From assembly GCA_964057225.1 (NCBI GenBank), contig CAXKVF010000074.1, positions 62,001 to 126,000 of the forward strand: DNA of 64,000 bases, read 5' to 3'. The position numbers were made by a program, and so were the translations under genes. This document shows, piece by piece, positions 11,401 through 26,945 of this stretch; positions within the stretch are counted from its first letter, which is position 1; each line of letters starts with the position of its first letter. The notes under the pieces were generated by a model that saw only the letters and a program-made list of their open reading frames with translations, was not told the origin of the DNA and searched no databases. The DNA is from Auanema rhodensis (lineage: Eukaryota > Animalia > Nematoda).

Positions 11401-12688
11401 TTGATATTGGTGCATGGTAACCATGACTTTGAAATTTACGTGAACTTTAATTTATGCTAATTAAATGTACACGTGATGTGCACTTGGTATGTAACTCGCT
11501 TCACGTGAAAGATAAAGAGATGCGGTTTTCAAAATTAGATTCCCCATGTCCATATTAGTCTACAAACAAATTTTTATTGATATTGGTTCATGGTAACCAT
11601 GACTTTGAAATTTACGTGAACTTTAATTTATGCTAATTAAATGTACACGTGATGTGCACTTGGTATGTAACTCGCTTCACGTGAAAGATAAAGAGATGCG
11701 GTTTTCAAAATTAGATTCCCCATGTCCATATTAGTCTAAAAACAAATTTTTATTGATATTGGTGCATGGTAACCATGACTTTGAAATTTACGTGAACTTC
11801 AATTTATGCTAATTAAATGTACACGTGATGTGCACTTGGTATGTAACTCGCTTCACGTGAAAGATGAAGAGATGCGGTTTTCAAAATTAGATTCCCCATG
11901 TCCATATTAGTCTAAAAACAAATTTTTATTGATATTGGTGCATGGTAACCATGACTTTGAAATTTACGTGAACTTTAATTTATGCTAATTAAATGTACAC
12001 GTGATGTGCACTTGGTATGTAACTCGCTTCACGTGAAAGATAAAGAGATGCGGTTTTCAAAATTAGATTCCCCATGTCCATATTAGTCTAAAAACAAATT
12101 TTTATTGATATTGGTTCATGGTAACCATGACTTTGAAATTTACGTGAACTTTAATTTATGCTAATTAAATGTACACGTGATGTGCACTTGGTATGTAACT
12201 CGCTTCACGTGAAAGATAAAGAGATGCGGTTTTCAAAATTAGATTCCCCATGTCCATATTAGTCTAAAAACAAATTTTTATTGATATTGGTGCATGGTAA
12301 CCATGACTTTGAAATTTACGTGAACTTTAATTTATGCTAATTAAATGTACACGTGATGTGCACTTGGTATGTAACTCGCTTCACGTGAAAGATGAAGAGA
12401 TGCGGTTTTCAAAATTAGATTCCCCATGTCCATATTAGTCTAAAAACAAATTTTTATTGATATTGGTGCATGGTAACCATGACTTTGAAATTTACGTGAA
12501 CTTTAATTTATGCTAATTAAATGTACACGTGATGTGCACTTGGTATGTAACTCGCTTCACGTGAAAGATAAAGAGATGCGGTTTTCAAAATTAGATTCCC
12601 CATGTCCATATTAGTCTAAAAACAAATTTTTATTGATATTGGTGCATGGTAACCATGACTTTGAAATTTACGTGAACTTTAATTTATG
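2465..12688. repeat. Higher-order repeat domain of 11-12-monomer units
   Basis: The ordered variant string T168C, C104T, cons, G130C+G132T, cons, C1A, A58G(+T103G) starts at 2817, 4753 (offset 11 monomers) and 6881 (offset 12). The last two copies continue A107C+G132T, T168C, A58G, G132T. The part from G130C onward recurs at 10753-12160. Confidence 0.9.
6693..6724 (+). repeat. 16-bp tandem duplication (TTAAATGTACACGTGA x2) giving a 192-bp monomer at 6689-6880
   Basis: Sequence reads ctaa-ttaaatgtacacgtga-ttaaatgtacacgtga-tgtgcac, and the register of all later monomers shifts by 16 bp. Confidence 0.95.
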
Positions 12689-14976
12689 CTAATTAAATGT
12701 ACACGTGATGTGCACTTGGTATGTAACTCGCTTCACGTGAAAGATGAAGAGATGCGGTTTTCAAAATTAGATTCCCCATGTCCATATTAGTCTAAAAACA
12801 AATTTTTATTGATATTGGTGCATGGTAACCATGACTTTGAAATTTACGTGAACTTTAATTTATGCTAATTAAATGTACACGTGATGTGCACTTGGTATGT
12901 AACTCGCTTCACGTGAAAGATAAAGAGATGCGGTTTTCAAAATTAGATTCCCCATGTCCATATTAGTCTAAAAACAAATTTTTATTGATATTGGTGCATG
13001 GTAACCATGACTTTGAAATTTACGTGAACTTCAATTTATGCTAATTAAATGTACACGTGATGTGCACTTGGTATGTAACTCGCTTCACGTGAAAGATAAA
13101 GAGATGCGGTTTTCAAAATTAGATTCCCCATGTCCATATTAGTCTAAAAACAAATTTTTATTGATATTGGTGCATGGTAACCATGACTTTGAAATTTACG
13201 TGAACTTTAATTTATGCTAATTAAATGTACACGTGATGTGCACTTGGTATGTAACTCGCTTCACGTGAAAGATAAAGAGATGCGGTTTTCAAAATTAGAT
13301 TCCCCATGTCCATATTAGTCTAAAAACAAATTTTTATTGATATTGGTGCATGGTAACCATGACTTTGAAATTTACGTGAACTTTAATTTATGCTAATTAA
13401 ATGTACACGTGATGTGCACTTGGTATGTAACTCGCTTCACGTGAAAGATGAAGAGATGCGGTTTTCAAAATTAGATTCCCCATGTCCATATTAGTCTAAA
13501 AACAAATTTTTATTGATATTGGTGCATGGTAACCATGACTTTGAAATTTACGTGAACTTTAATTTATGCTAATTAAATGTACACGTGATGTGCACTTGGT
13601 ATGTAACTCGCTTCACGTGAAAGATAAAGAGATGCGGTTTTCAAAATTGGATTCCCCATGTCCATATTAGTCTAAAAACAAATTTTTATTGATATTGCTT
13701 CATGGTAACCATGACTTTGAAATTTACGTGAACTTTAATTTATGCTAATTAAATGTACACGTGATGTGCACTTGGTATGTAACTCGCTTCACGTGAAAGA
13801 TAAAGAGATGCGGTTTTCAAAATTAGATTCCCCATGTCCATATTAGTCTAAAAACAAATTTTTATTGATATTGGTGCATGGTAACCATGACTTTGAAATT
13901 TACGTGAACTTTAATTTATGCTAATTAAATGTACACGTGATGTGCACTTGGTATGTAACTCGCTTCACGTGAAAGATGAAGAGATGCGGTTTTCAAAATT
14001 AGATTCCCCATGTCCATATTAGTCTAAAAACAAATTTTTATTGATATTGGTGCATGGTAACCATGACTTTGAAATTTACGTGAACTTTAATTTATGCTAA
14101 TTAAATGTACACGTGATGTGCACTTGGTATGTAACTCGCTTCACGTGAAAGATAAAGAGATGCGGTTTTCAAAATTAGATTCCCCATGTCCATATTAGTC
14201 TAAAAACAAATTTTTATTGATATTGCTTCATGGTAACCATGACTTTGAAATTTACGTGAACTTTAATTTATGCTAATTAAATGTACACGTGATGTGCACT
14301 TGGTATGTAACTCGCTTCACGTGAAAGATAAAGAGATGCGGTTTTCAAAATTAGATTCCCCATGTCCATATTAGTCTAAAAACAAATTTTTATTGATATT
14401 GGTGCATGGTAACCATGACTTTGAAATTTACGTGAACTTTAATTTATGCTAATTAAATGTACACGTGATGTGCACTTGGTATGTAACTCGCTTCACGTGA
14501 AAGATAAAGAGATGCGGTTTTCAAAATTAGATTCCCCATGTCCATATTAGTCTAAAAACAAATTTTTATTGATATTGGTGCATGGTAACCATGACTTTGA
14601 AATTTACGTGAACTTTAATTTATGCTAATTAAATGTACACGTGATTTGCACTTGGTATGTAACTCGCTTCACGTGAAAGATGAAGAGATGCGGTTTTCAA
14701 AATTAGATTCCCCATGTCCATATTAGTCTGAAAACAAATTTTTATTGATATTGGTGCATGGTAACCATGACTTTGAAATTTACGTGAACTTTAATTTATG
14801 CTAATTAAATGTACACGTGATGTGCACTTGGTATGTAACTCGCTTCACGTGAAAGATAAAGAGATGCGGTTTTCAAAATTATATTCCCCATGTCCATATT
14901 AGTCTAAAAACAAATTTTTATTGATATTGGTGCATGGTAACCATGACTTTGAAATTTACGTGAACTTTAATTTATG

Positions 14977-17900
14977 CTAATTAAATGTACACGTGATGTG
15001 CACTTGGTATGTAACTCGCTTCACGTGAAAGATAAAGAGATGCGGTTTTCAAAATTAGATTCCCCATGTCCATATTAGGCTAAAAACAAATTTTTATTGA
15101 TATTGGTGCATGGTAACCATGACTTTGAAATTTACGTGAACTTTAATTTATGCTAATTAAATGTACACGTGATGTGCACTTGGTATGTAACTCGCTTCAC
15201 GTGAAAGATAAAGAGATGCGGTTTTCAAAATTAGATTCCCCATGTCCATATTAGTCTAAAAACAAATTTTTATTGATATTGGTGCATGGTAACCATGACT
15301 TTGAAATTTACGTGAACTTTAATTTATGATAATTAAATGTACACGTGATGTGCACTTGGTATGTAACTCGCTTCACGTGAAAGATAAAGAGATGCGGTTT
15401 TCAAAATTAGATTCCCCATGTCCATATTAGTCTTAAAAACAAATTTTTATTGATATTGGTGCATGGTAACCATGACTTTGAAATTTACGTGAACTTTAAT
15501 TTATGCTAATTAAATGTACACGTGATGTGCACTTGGTATGTAACTCGCTTCACGTGAAAGATGAAGAGATGCGGTTTTCAAAATTAGATTCCCCATGTCC
15601 ATATTAGTCTAAAAACAAATTTTTATTGATATTGGTGCATGGTAACCATGACTTTGAAATTTACGTGAACTTTAATTTATGCTAATTAAATGTACACGTG
15701 ATGTGCACTTGGTATGTAACTCGCTTCACGTGAAAGATAAAGAGATGCGGTTTTCAAAATTAGATTCCCCATGTCCATATTAGTCTAAAAACAAATTTTT
15801 ATTGATATTGGTGCATGGTAACCATGACTTTGAAATTTACGTGAACTTTAATTTATGCTAATTAAATGTACACGTGATGTGCACTTGGTATGTAACTCGC
15901 TTCACGTGAAAGATAAAGAGATGCGGTTTTCAAAATTAGATTCCCCATGTCCATATTAGTCTAAAAACAAATTTTTATTGATATTGGTGCATGGTAACCA
16001 TGACTTTGAAATTTACGTGAACTTTAATTTATGCTAATTAAATGTACACGTGATGTGCACTTGATATGTAACTCGCTTCACGTGAAAGATGAAGAGATGC
16101 GGTTTTCAAAATTAGATTCCCCATGTCCATATTAGTCTAAAAACAAATTTTTATTGATATTGGTGCATGGTAACCATGACTTTGAAATTTACGTGAACTT
16201 TAATTTATGCTAATTAAATGTACACGTGATGTGCACTTGGTATGTAACTCGCTTCACGTGAAAGATAAAGAGATGCGGTTTTCAAAATTAGATTCCCCAT
16301 GTCCATATTAGTCTAAAAACAAATTTTTATTGATATTGGTGCATGGTAACCATGACTTTGAAATTTACGTGAACTTTAATTTATGCTAATTAAATGTACA
16401 CGTGATGTGCACTTGGTATGTAACTCGCTTCACGTGAAAGATAAAGAGATGCGGTTTTCAAAATTAGATTCCCCATGTCCATATTAGTCTAAAAACAAAT
16501 TTTTATTGATATTGGTGCATGGTAACCATGACTTTGAAATTTACGTGAACTTTAATTTATGCTAATTAAATGTACACGTGATGTGCACTTGGTATGTAAC
16601 TCGCTTCACGTGAAAGATGAAGAGATGCGGTTTTCAAAATTAGATTCCCCATGTCCATATTAGTCTGAAAACAAATTTTTATTGATATTGGTGCATGGTA
16701 ACCATGACTTTGAAATTTACGTGAACTTTAATTTATGCTAATTAAATGTACACGTGATGTGCACTTGGTATGTAACTCGCTTCACGTGAAAGATAAAGAG
16801 ATGCGGTTTTCAAAATTAGATTCCCCATGTCCATATTAGTCTAAAAACAAATTTTTATTGATATTGGTGCATGGTAACCATGACTTTGAAATTTACGTGA
16901 ACTTTAATTTATGCTAATTAAATGTACACGTGATGTGCACTTGGTATGTAACTCGCTTCACGTGAAAGATGAAGAGATGCGGTTTTCAAAATTAGATTCC
17001 CCATGTCCATATTAGTCTAAAAACAAATTTTTATTGATATTGCTTCATGGTAACCATGACTTTGAAATTTACGTGAACTTTAATTTATGCTAATTAAATG
17101 TACACGTGATGTGCACTTGGTATGTAACTCGCTTCACGTGAAAGATAAAGAGATGCGGTTTTCAAAATTAGATTCCCCATGTCCATATTAGTCTAAAAAC
17201 AAATTTTTATTGATATTGGTGCATGGTAACCATGACTTTGAAATTTACGTGAACTTTAATTTATGCTAATTAAATGTACACGTGATGTGCACTTGGTATG
17301 TAACTCGCTTCACGTGAAAGATGAAGAGATGCGGTTTTCAAAATTAGATTCCCCATGTCCATATTAGTCTGAAAACAAATTTTTATTGATATTGGTGCAT
17401 GGTAACCATGACTTTGAAATTTACGTGAACTTTAATTTATGCTAATTAAATGTACACGTGATGTGCACTTGGTATGTAACTCGCTTCACGTGAAAGATAA
17501 AGAGATGCGGTTTTCAAAATTAGATTCCCCATGTCCATATTAGTCTAAAAACAAATTTTTATTGATATTGGTGCATGGTAACCATGACTTTGAAATTTAC
17601 GTGAACTTTAATTTATGCTAATTAAATGTACACGTGATGTGCACTTGGTATGTAACTCGCTTCACGTGAAAGATGAAGAGATGCGGTTTTCAAAATTAGA
17701 TTCCCCATGTCCATATTAGTCTAAAAACAAATTTTTATTGATATTGCTTCATGGTAACCATGACTTTGAAATTTACGTGAACTTTAATTTATGCTAATTA
17801 AATGTACACGTGATGTGCACTTGGTATGTAACTCGCTTCACGTGAAAGATAAAGAGATGCGGTTTTCAAAATTAGATTCCCCATGTCCATATTAGTCTAA

Positions 17901-20900
17901 AAACAAATTTTTATTGATATTGGTGCATGGTAACCATGACTTTGAAATTTACGTGAACTTTAATTTATGCTAATTAAATGTACACGTGATGTGCACTTGG
18001 TATGTAACTCGCTTCACGTGAAAGATAAAGAGATGCGGTTTTCAAAATTAGATTCCCCATGTCCATATTAGTCTAAAAACAAATTTTTATTGATATTGGT
18101 GCATGGTAACCATGACTTTGAAATTTACGTGAACCTTAATTTATGCTAATTAAATGTACACGTGATGTGCACTTGGTATGTAACTCGCTTCACGTGAAAG
18201 ATAAAGAGATGCGGTTTTCAAAATTAGATTCCCCATGTCCATATTAGTCTAAAAACAAATTTTTATTGATATTGGTGCATGGTAACCATGACTTTGAAAT
18301 TTACGTGAACTTTAATTTATGCTAATTAAATGTACACGTGATGTGCACTTGGTATGTAACTCGCTTCACGTGAAAGATGAAGAGATGCGGTTTTCAAAAT
18401 TAGATTCCCCATGTCCATATTAGTCTGAAAACAAATTTTTATTGATATTGGTGCATGGTAACCATGACTTTGAAATTTACGTGAACTTTAATTTATGCTA
18501 ATTAAATGTACACGTGATGTGCACTTGGTATGTAACTCGCTTCACGTGAAAGATAAAGAGATGCGGTTTTCAAAATTAGATTCCCCATGTCCATATTAGT
18601 CTAAAAACAAATTTTTATTGATATTGGTTCATGGTAACCATGACTTTGAAATTTACGTGAACTTTAATTTATGCTAATTAAATGTACACGTGATGTGCAC
18701 TTGGTATGTAACTCGCTTCACGTGAAAGATAAAGAGATGCGGTTTTCAAAATTAGATTCCCCATGTCCATATTAGTCTAAAAACAAATTTTTATTGATAT
18801 TGGTGCATGGTAACCATGACTTTGAAATTTACGTGAACTTTAATTTATGCTAATTAAATGTACACGTGATGTGCACTTGGTATGTAACTCGCTTCACGTG
18901 AAAGATGAAGAGATGCGGTTTTCAAAATTAGATTCCCCATGTCCATATTAGTCTAAAAACAAATTTTTATTGATATTGGTGCATGGTAACCATGATTTTG
19001 AAATTTACGTGAACTTTAATTTATGCTAATTAAATGTACACGTGATGTGCACTTGGTATGTAACTCGCTTCACGTGAAAGATAAAGAGATGCGGTTTTCA
19101 AAATTAGATTCCCCATGTCCATATTAGTCTAAAAACAAATTTTTATTGATATTGGTGCATGGTAACCATGACTTTGAAATTTACGTGAACTTTAATTTAT
19201 GCTAATTAAATGTACACGTGATGTGCACTTGGTATGTAACTCGCTTCACGTGAAAGATAAAGAGATGCGGTTTTCAAAATTAGATTCCCCATGTCCATAT
19301 TAGTCTAAAAACAAATTTTTATTGATATTGGTGCATGGTAACCATGACTTTGAAACTTACGTGAACTTTAATTTATGCTAATTAAATGTACACGTGATGT
19401 GCACTTGGTATGTAACTCGCTTCACGTGAAAGATAAAGAGATGCGGTTTTCAAAATTAGATTCCCCATGTCCATATTAGTCTAAAAACAAATTTTTATTG
19501 ATATTGGTTCATGGTAACCATGACTTTGAAATTTACGTGAACTTTAATTTATGCTAATTAAATGTACACGTGATGTGCACTTGGTATGTAACTCGCTTCA
19601 CGTGAAAGATGAAGAGATGCGGTTTTCAAAATTAGATTCCCCATGTCCATATTAGTCTAAAAACAAATTTTTATTGATATTGGTGCATGGTAACCATGAC
19701 TTTGAAATTTACGTGAACTTTAATTTATGCTAATTAAATGTACACGTGATGTGCACTTGGTATGTAACTCGCTTCACGTGAAAGATAAAGAGATGCGGTT
19801 TTCAAAATTAGATTCCCCATGTCCATATTAGTCTAAAAACAAATTTTTATTGATATTGGTGCATGGTAACCATGACTTTGAAATTTACGTGAACTTTAAT
19901 TTATGCTAATTAAATGTACACGTGATGTGCACTTGGTATGTAACTCGCTTCACGTGAAAGATAAAGAGATGCGGTTTTCAAAATTAGATTCCCCATGTCC
20001 ATATTAGTCTAAAAACAAATTTTTATTGATATTGGTTCATGGTAACCATGACTTTGAAATTTACGTGAACTTTAATTTATGCTAATTAAATGTACACGTG
20101 ATGTGCACTTGGTATGTAACTCGCTTCACGTGAAAGATAAAGAGATGCGGTTTTCAAAATTAGATTCCCCATGTCCATATTAGTCTAAAAACAAATTTTT
20201 ATTGATATTGGTGCATGGTAACCATGACTTTGAAATTTACGTGAACTTTAATTTATGCTAATTAAATGTACACGTGATGTGCACTTGGTATGTAACTCGC
20301 TTCACGTGAAAGATAAAGAGATGCGGTTTTCAAAATTAGATTCCCCATGTCCATATTAGGCTAAAAACAAATTTTTATTGATATTGGTGCATGGTAACCA
20401 TGACTTTGAAATTTACGTGAACTTTAATTTATGCTAATTAAATGTACACGTGATGTGCACTTGGTATGTAACTCGCTTCACGTGAAAGATAAAGAGATGC
20501 GGTTTTCAAAATTAGATTCCCCATGTCCATATTAGTCTAAAAACAAATTTTTATTGATATTGGTGCATGGTAACCATGACTTTGAAATTTACGTGAACTT
20601 TAATTTATGATAATTAAATGTACACGTGATGTGCACTTGGTATGTAACTCGCTTCACGTGAAAGATAAAGAGATGCGGTTTTCAAAATTAGATTCCCCAT
20701 GTCCATATTAGTCTTAAAAACAAATTTTTATTGATATTGGTGCATGGTAACCATGACTTTGAAATTTACGTGAACTTTAATTTATGCTAATTAAATGTAC
20801 ACGTGATGTGCACTTGGTATGTAACTCGCTTCACGTGAAAGATGAAGAGATGCGGTTTTCAAAATTAGATTCCCCATGTCCATATTAGTCTAAAAACAAA

Positions 20901-23900
20901 TTTTTATTGATATTGGTGCATGGTAACCATGACTTTGAAATTTACGTGAACTTTAATTTATGCTAATTAAATGTACACGTGATGTGCACTTGGTATGTAA
21001 CTCGCTTCACGTGAAAGATAAAGAGATGCGGTTTTCAAAATTAGATTCCCCATGTCCATATTAGTCTAAAAACAAATTTTTATTGATATTGGTGCATGGT
21101 AACCATGACTTTGAAATTTACGTGAACTTTAATTTATGCTAATTAAATGTACACGTGATGTGCACTTGGTATGTAACTCGCTTCACGTGAAAGATAAAGA
21201 GATGCGGTTTTCAAAATTAGATTCCCCATGTCCATATTAGTCTAAAAACAAATTTTTATTGATATTGGTGCATGGTAACCATGACTTTGAAATTTACGTG
21301 AACTTTAATTTATGCTAATTAAATGTACACGTGATGTGCACTTGATATGTAACTCGCTTCACGTGAAAGATGAAGAGATGCGGTTTTCAAAATTAGATTC
21401 CCCATGTCCATATTAGTCTAAAAACAAATTTTTATTGATATTGGTGCATGGTAACCATGACTTTGAAATTTACGTGAACTTTAATTTATGCTAATTAAAT
21501 GTACACGTGATGTGCACTTGGTATGTAACTCGCTTCACGTGAAAGATAAAGAGATGCGGTTTTCAAAATTAGATTCCCCATGTCCATATTAGTCTAAAAA
21601 CAAATTTTTATTGATATTGGTGCATGGTAACCATGACTTTGAAATTTACGTGAACTTTAATTTATGCTAATTAAATGTACACGTGATGTGCACTTGGTAT
21701 GTAACTCGCTTCACGTGAAAGATAAAGAGATGCGGTTTTCAAAATTAGATTCCCCATGTCCATATTAGTCTAAAAACAAATTTTTATTGATATTGGTGCA
21801 TGGTAACCATGACTTTGAAATTTACGTGAACTTTAATTTATGCTAATTAAATGTACACGTGATGTGCACTTGGTATGTAACTCGCTTCACGTGAAAGATG
21901 AAGAGATGCGGTTTTCAAAATTAGATTCCCCATGTCCATATTAGTCTGAAAACAAATTTTTATTGATATTGGTGCATGGTAACCATGACTTTGAAATTTA
22001 CGTGAACTTTAATTTATGCTAATTAAATGTACACGTGATGTGCACTTGGTATGTAACTCGCTTCACGTGAAAGATAAAGAGATGCGGTTTTCAAAATTAG
22101 ATTCCCCATGTCCATATTAGTCTAAAAACAAATTTTTATTGATATTGGTGCATGGTAACCATGACTTTGAAATTTACGTGAACTTTAATTTATGCTAATT
22201 AAATGTACACGTGATGTGCACTTGGTATGTAACTCGCTTCACGTGAAAGATGAAGAGATGCGGTTTTCAAAATTAGATTCCCCATGTCCATATTAGTCTA
22301 AAAACAAATTTTTATTGATATTGCTTCATGGTAACCATGACTTTGAAATTTACGTGAACTTTAATTTATGCTAATTAAATGTACACGTGATGTGCACTTG
22401 GTATGTAACTCGCTTCACGTGAAAGATAAAGAGATGCGGTTTTCAAAATTAGATTCCCCATGTCCATATTAGTCTAAAAACAAATTTTTATTGATATTGG
22501 TGCATGGTAACCATGACTTTGAAATTTACGTGAACTTTAATTTATGCTAATTAAATGTACACGTGATGTGCACTTGGTATGTAACTCGCTTCACGTGAAA
22601 GATAAAGAGATGCGGTTTTCAAAATTAGATTCCCCATGTCCATATTAGTCTAAAAACAAATTTTTATTGATATTGGTGCATGGTAACCATGACTTTGAAA
22701 TTTACGTGAACCTTAATTTATGCTAATTAAATGTACACGTGATGTGCACTTGGTATGTAACTCGCTTCACGTGAAAGATAAAGAGATGCGGTTTTCAAAA
22801 TTAGATTCCCCATGTCCATATTAGTCTAAAAACAAATTTTTATTGATATTGGTGCATGGTAACCATGACTTTGAAATTTACGTGAACTTTAATTTATGCT
22901 AATTAAATGTACACGTGATGTGCACTTGGTATGTAACTCGCTTCACGTGAAAGATGAAGAGATGCGGTTTTCAAAATTAGATTCCCCATGTCCATATTAG
23001 TCTGAAAACAAATTTTTATTGATATTGGTGCATGGTAACCATGACTTTGAAATTTACGTGAACTTTAATTTATGCTAATTAAATGTACACGTGATGTGCA
23101 CTTGGTATGTAACTCGCTTCACGTGAAAGATAAAGAGATGCGGTTTTTAAAATTAGATTCCCCATGTCCATATTAGTCTAAAAACAAATTTTTATTGATA
23201 TTGGTTCATGGTAACCATGACTTTGAAATTTACGTGAACTTTAATTTATGCTAATTAAATGTACACGTGATGTGCACTTGGTATGTAACTCGCTTCACGT
23301 GAAAGATAAAGAGATGCGGTTTTCAAAATTAGATTCCCCATGTCCATATTAGTCTAAAAACAAATTTTTATTGATATTGGTGCATGGTAACCATGACTTT
23401 GAAATTTACGTGAACTTTAATTTATGCTAATTAAATGTACACGTGATGTGCACTTGGTATGTAACTCGCTTCACGTGAAAGATGAAGAGATGCGGTTTTC
23501 AAAATTAGATTCCCCATGTCCATATTAGTCTAAAAACAAATTTTTATTGATATTGGTGCATGGTAACCATGATTTTGAAATTTACGTGAACTTTAATTTA
23601 TGCTAATTAAATGTACACGTGATGTGCACTTGGTATGTAACTCGCTTCACGTGAAAGATAAAGAGATGCGGTTTTCAAAATTAGATTCCCCATGTCCATA
23701 TTAGTCTAAAAACAAATTTTTATTGATATTGGTGCATGGTAACCATGACTTTGAAATTTACGTGAACTTTAATTTATGCTAATTAAATGTACACGTGATG
23801 TGCACTTGGTATGTAACTCGCTTCACGTGAAAGATAAAGAGATGCGGTTTTCAAAATTAGATTCCCCATGTCCATATTAGTCTAAAAACAAATTTTTATT

Positions 23901-24834
23901 GATATTGGTGCATGGTAACCATGACTTTGAAACTTACGTGAACTTTAATTTATGCTAATTAAATGTACACGTGATGTGCACTTGGTATGTAACTCGCTTC
24001 ACGTGAAAGATAAAGAGATGCGGTTTTCAAAATTAGATTCCCCATGTCCATATTAGTCTAAAAACAAATTTTTATTGATATTGGTTCATGGTAACCATGA
24101 CTTTGAAATTTACGTGAACTTTAATTTATGCTAATTAAATGTACACGTGATGTGCACTTGGTATGTAACTCGCTTCACGTGAAAGATGAAGAGATGCGGT
24201 TTTCAAAATTAGATTCCCCATGTCCATATTAGTCTAAAAACAAATTTTTATTGATATTGGTGCATGGTAACCATGACTTTGAAATTTACGTGAACTTTAA
24301 TTTATGCTAATTAAATGTACACGTGATGTGCACTTGGTATGTAACTCGCTTCACGTGAAAGATAAAGAGATGCGGTTTTCAAAATTAGATTCCCCATGTC
24401 CATATTAGTCTAAAAACAAATTTTTATTGATATTGGTGCATGGTAACCATGACTTTGAAATTTACGTGAACTTTAATTTATGCTAATTAAATGTACACGT
24501 GATGTGCACTTGGTATGTAACTCGCTTCACGTGAAAGATAAAGAGATGCGGTTTTCAAAATTAGATTCCCCATGTCCATATTAGTCTAAAAACAAATTTT
24601 TATTGATATTGGTTCATGGTAACCATGACTTTGAAATTTACGTGAACTTTAATTTATGCTAATTAAATGTACACGTGATGTGCACTTGGTATGTAACTCG
24701 CTTCACGTGAAAGATAAAGAGATGCGGTTTTCAAAATTAGATTCCCCATGTCCATATTAGTCTAAAAACAAATTTTTATTGATATTGGTGCATGGTAACC
24801 ATGACTTTGAAATTTACGTGAACTTTAATTTATG
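14977..24834. repeat. Tandem duplication of a 26-monomer unit (copy 1, 14977-20257, is 30 monomers because of an internal 4-mer duplication; copy 2 is 20258-24834)
   Basis: Shared rare markers occur in the same order: T103G, C1A with +T insertion (monomers at 15329/20610), G31A+A58G (16034/21315), T166C (17970/22547), A58G+C147T (18850/23427), T155C (19202/23779). Confidence 0.92.
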
Positions 24835-26945
24835 CTAATTAAATGTACACGTGATGTGCACTTGGTATGTAACTCGCTTCACGTGAAAGATGAAGAGATG
24901 CGGTTTTCAAAATTAGATTCCCCATGTCCATATTAGTCTAAAAACAAATTTTTATTGATATTGGTGCATGGTAACCATGATTTTGAAATTTACGTGAACT
25001 TTAATTTATGCTAATTAAATGTACACGTGATGTGCACTTGGTATGTAACTCGCTTCACGTGAAAGATAAAGAGATGCGGTTTTCAAAATTAGATTCCCCA
25101 TGTCCATATTAGTCTAAAAACAAATTTTTATTGATATTGGTGCATGGTAACCATGACTTTGAAATTTACGTGAACTTTAATTTATGCTAATTAAATGTAC
25201 ACGTGATGTGCACTTGGTATGTAACTCGCTTCACGTGAAAGATAAAGAGATGCGGTTTTCAAAATTAGATTCCCCATGTCCATATTAGTCTAAAAACAAA
25301 TTTTTATTGATATTGGTTCATGGTAACCATGACTTTGAAATTTACGTGAACTTTAATTTATGCTAATTAAATGTACACGTGATGTGCACTTGGTATGTAA
25401 CTCGCTTCACGTGAAAGATAAATTGATGCGGTTTTCAAAATTAGATTCCCCATGTCCATATTAGTCTAAAAACAAATTTTTATTGATATTGGTGCATGGT
25501 AACCATGACTTTGAAATTTACGTGAACTTTAATTTATGCTAATTAAATGTACACGTGATGTGCACTTGGTATGTAACTCGCTTCACGTGAAAGATAAAGA
25601 GATGCGGTTTTCAAAATTAGATTCCCCATGTCCATATTAGTCTAAAAACAAATTTTTATTGATATTGGTGCATGGTAACCATGACTTTGAAATTTACGTG
25701 AACTTTAATTTATGCTAATTAAATGTACACGTGATGTGCACTTGGTATGTAACTCGCTTCACGTGAAAGATGAAGAGATGCGGTTTTCAAAATTAGATTC
25801 CTCATGTCCATATTAGTCTAAAAACAAATTTTTATTGATATTGGTGCATGGTAACCATGACTTTGAAATTTACGTGAACTTTAATTTATGCTAATTAAAT
25901 GTACACGTGATGTGCACTTGGTATGTAACTCGCTTCACGTGAAAGATAAAGAGATGCGGTTTTCAAAATTAGATTCCCCATGTCCATATTAGTCTAAAAA
26001 CAAATTTTTATTGATATTGGTTCATGGTAACCATGACTTTGAAATTTACGTGAACTTTAATTTATGCTAATTAAATGTACACGTGATGTGCACTTGGTAT
26101 GTAACTCGCTTCACGTGAAAGATAAAGAGATGCGGTTTTTAAAATTAGATTCCCCATGTCCATATTAGTCTAAAAACAAATTTTTATTGATATTGGTGCA
26201 TGGTAACCATGACTTTGAAATTTACGTGAACTTTAATTTATGCTAATTAAATGTACACGTGATGTGCACTTGGTATGTAACTCGCTTCACGTGAAAGATG
26301 AAGAGATGCGGTTTTCAAAATTAGATTCCCCATGTCCATATTAGTCTAAAAACAAATTTTTATTGATATTGGTGCATGGTAACCATGACTTTGAAATTTA
26401 CGTGAACTTTAATTTATGCTAATTAAATGTACACGTGATGTGCACTTGGTATGTAAATCGCTTCACGTGAAAGATAAAGAGATGCGGTTTTCAAAATTAG
26501 ATTCCCCATGTCCATATTAGTCTAAAACAAATTTTTATTGATATTGGTGCATGGTAACCATGACTTTGAAATTTACGTGAACTTTAATTTATGCTAATTA
26601 AATGTACACGTGATGTGCACTTGGTATGTAACTCGCTTCACGTGAAAGATAAAGAGATGCGGTTTTCAAAATTAGATTCCCCATGTCCATATTAGTCTAA
26701 AAACAAATTTTTATTGATATTGGTGCATGGTAACCATGACTTTGAAATTTACGTGAACTTTAATTTATGCTAATTAAATGTACACGTGATGTGCACTTGG
26801 TATGTAACTCGCTTCACGTGAAAGATAAAGAGATGCGGTTTTCAAAATTAGATTCCCCATGTCCATATTAGTCTAAAAACAAATTTTTATTGATATTGGT
26901 GCATGGTAACCATGACTTTGAAACTTACGTGAACTTTAATTTATG

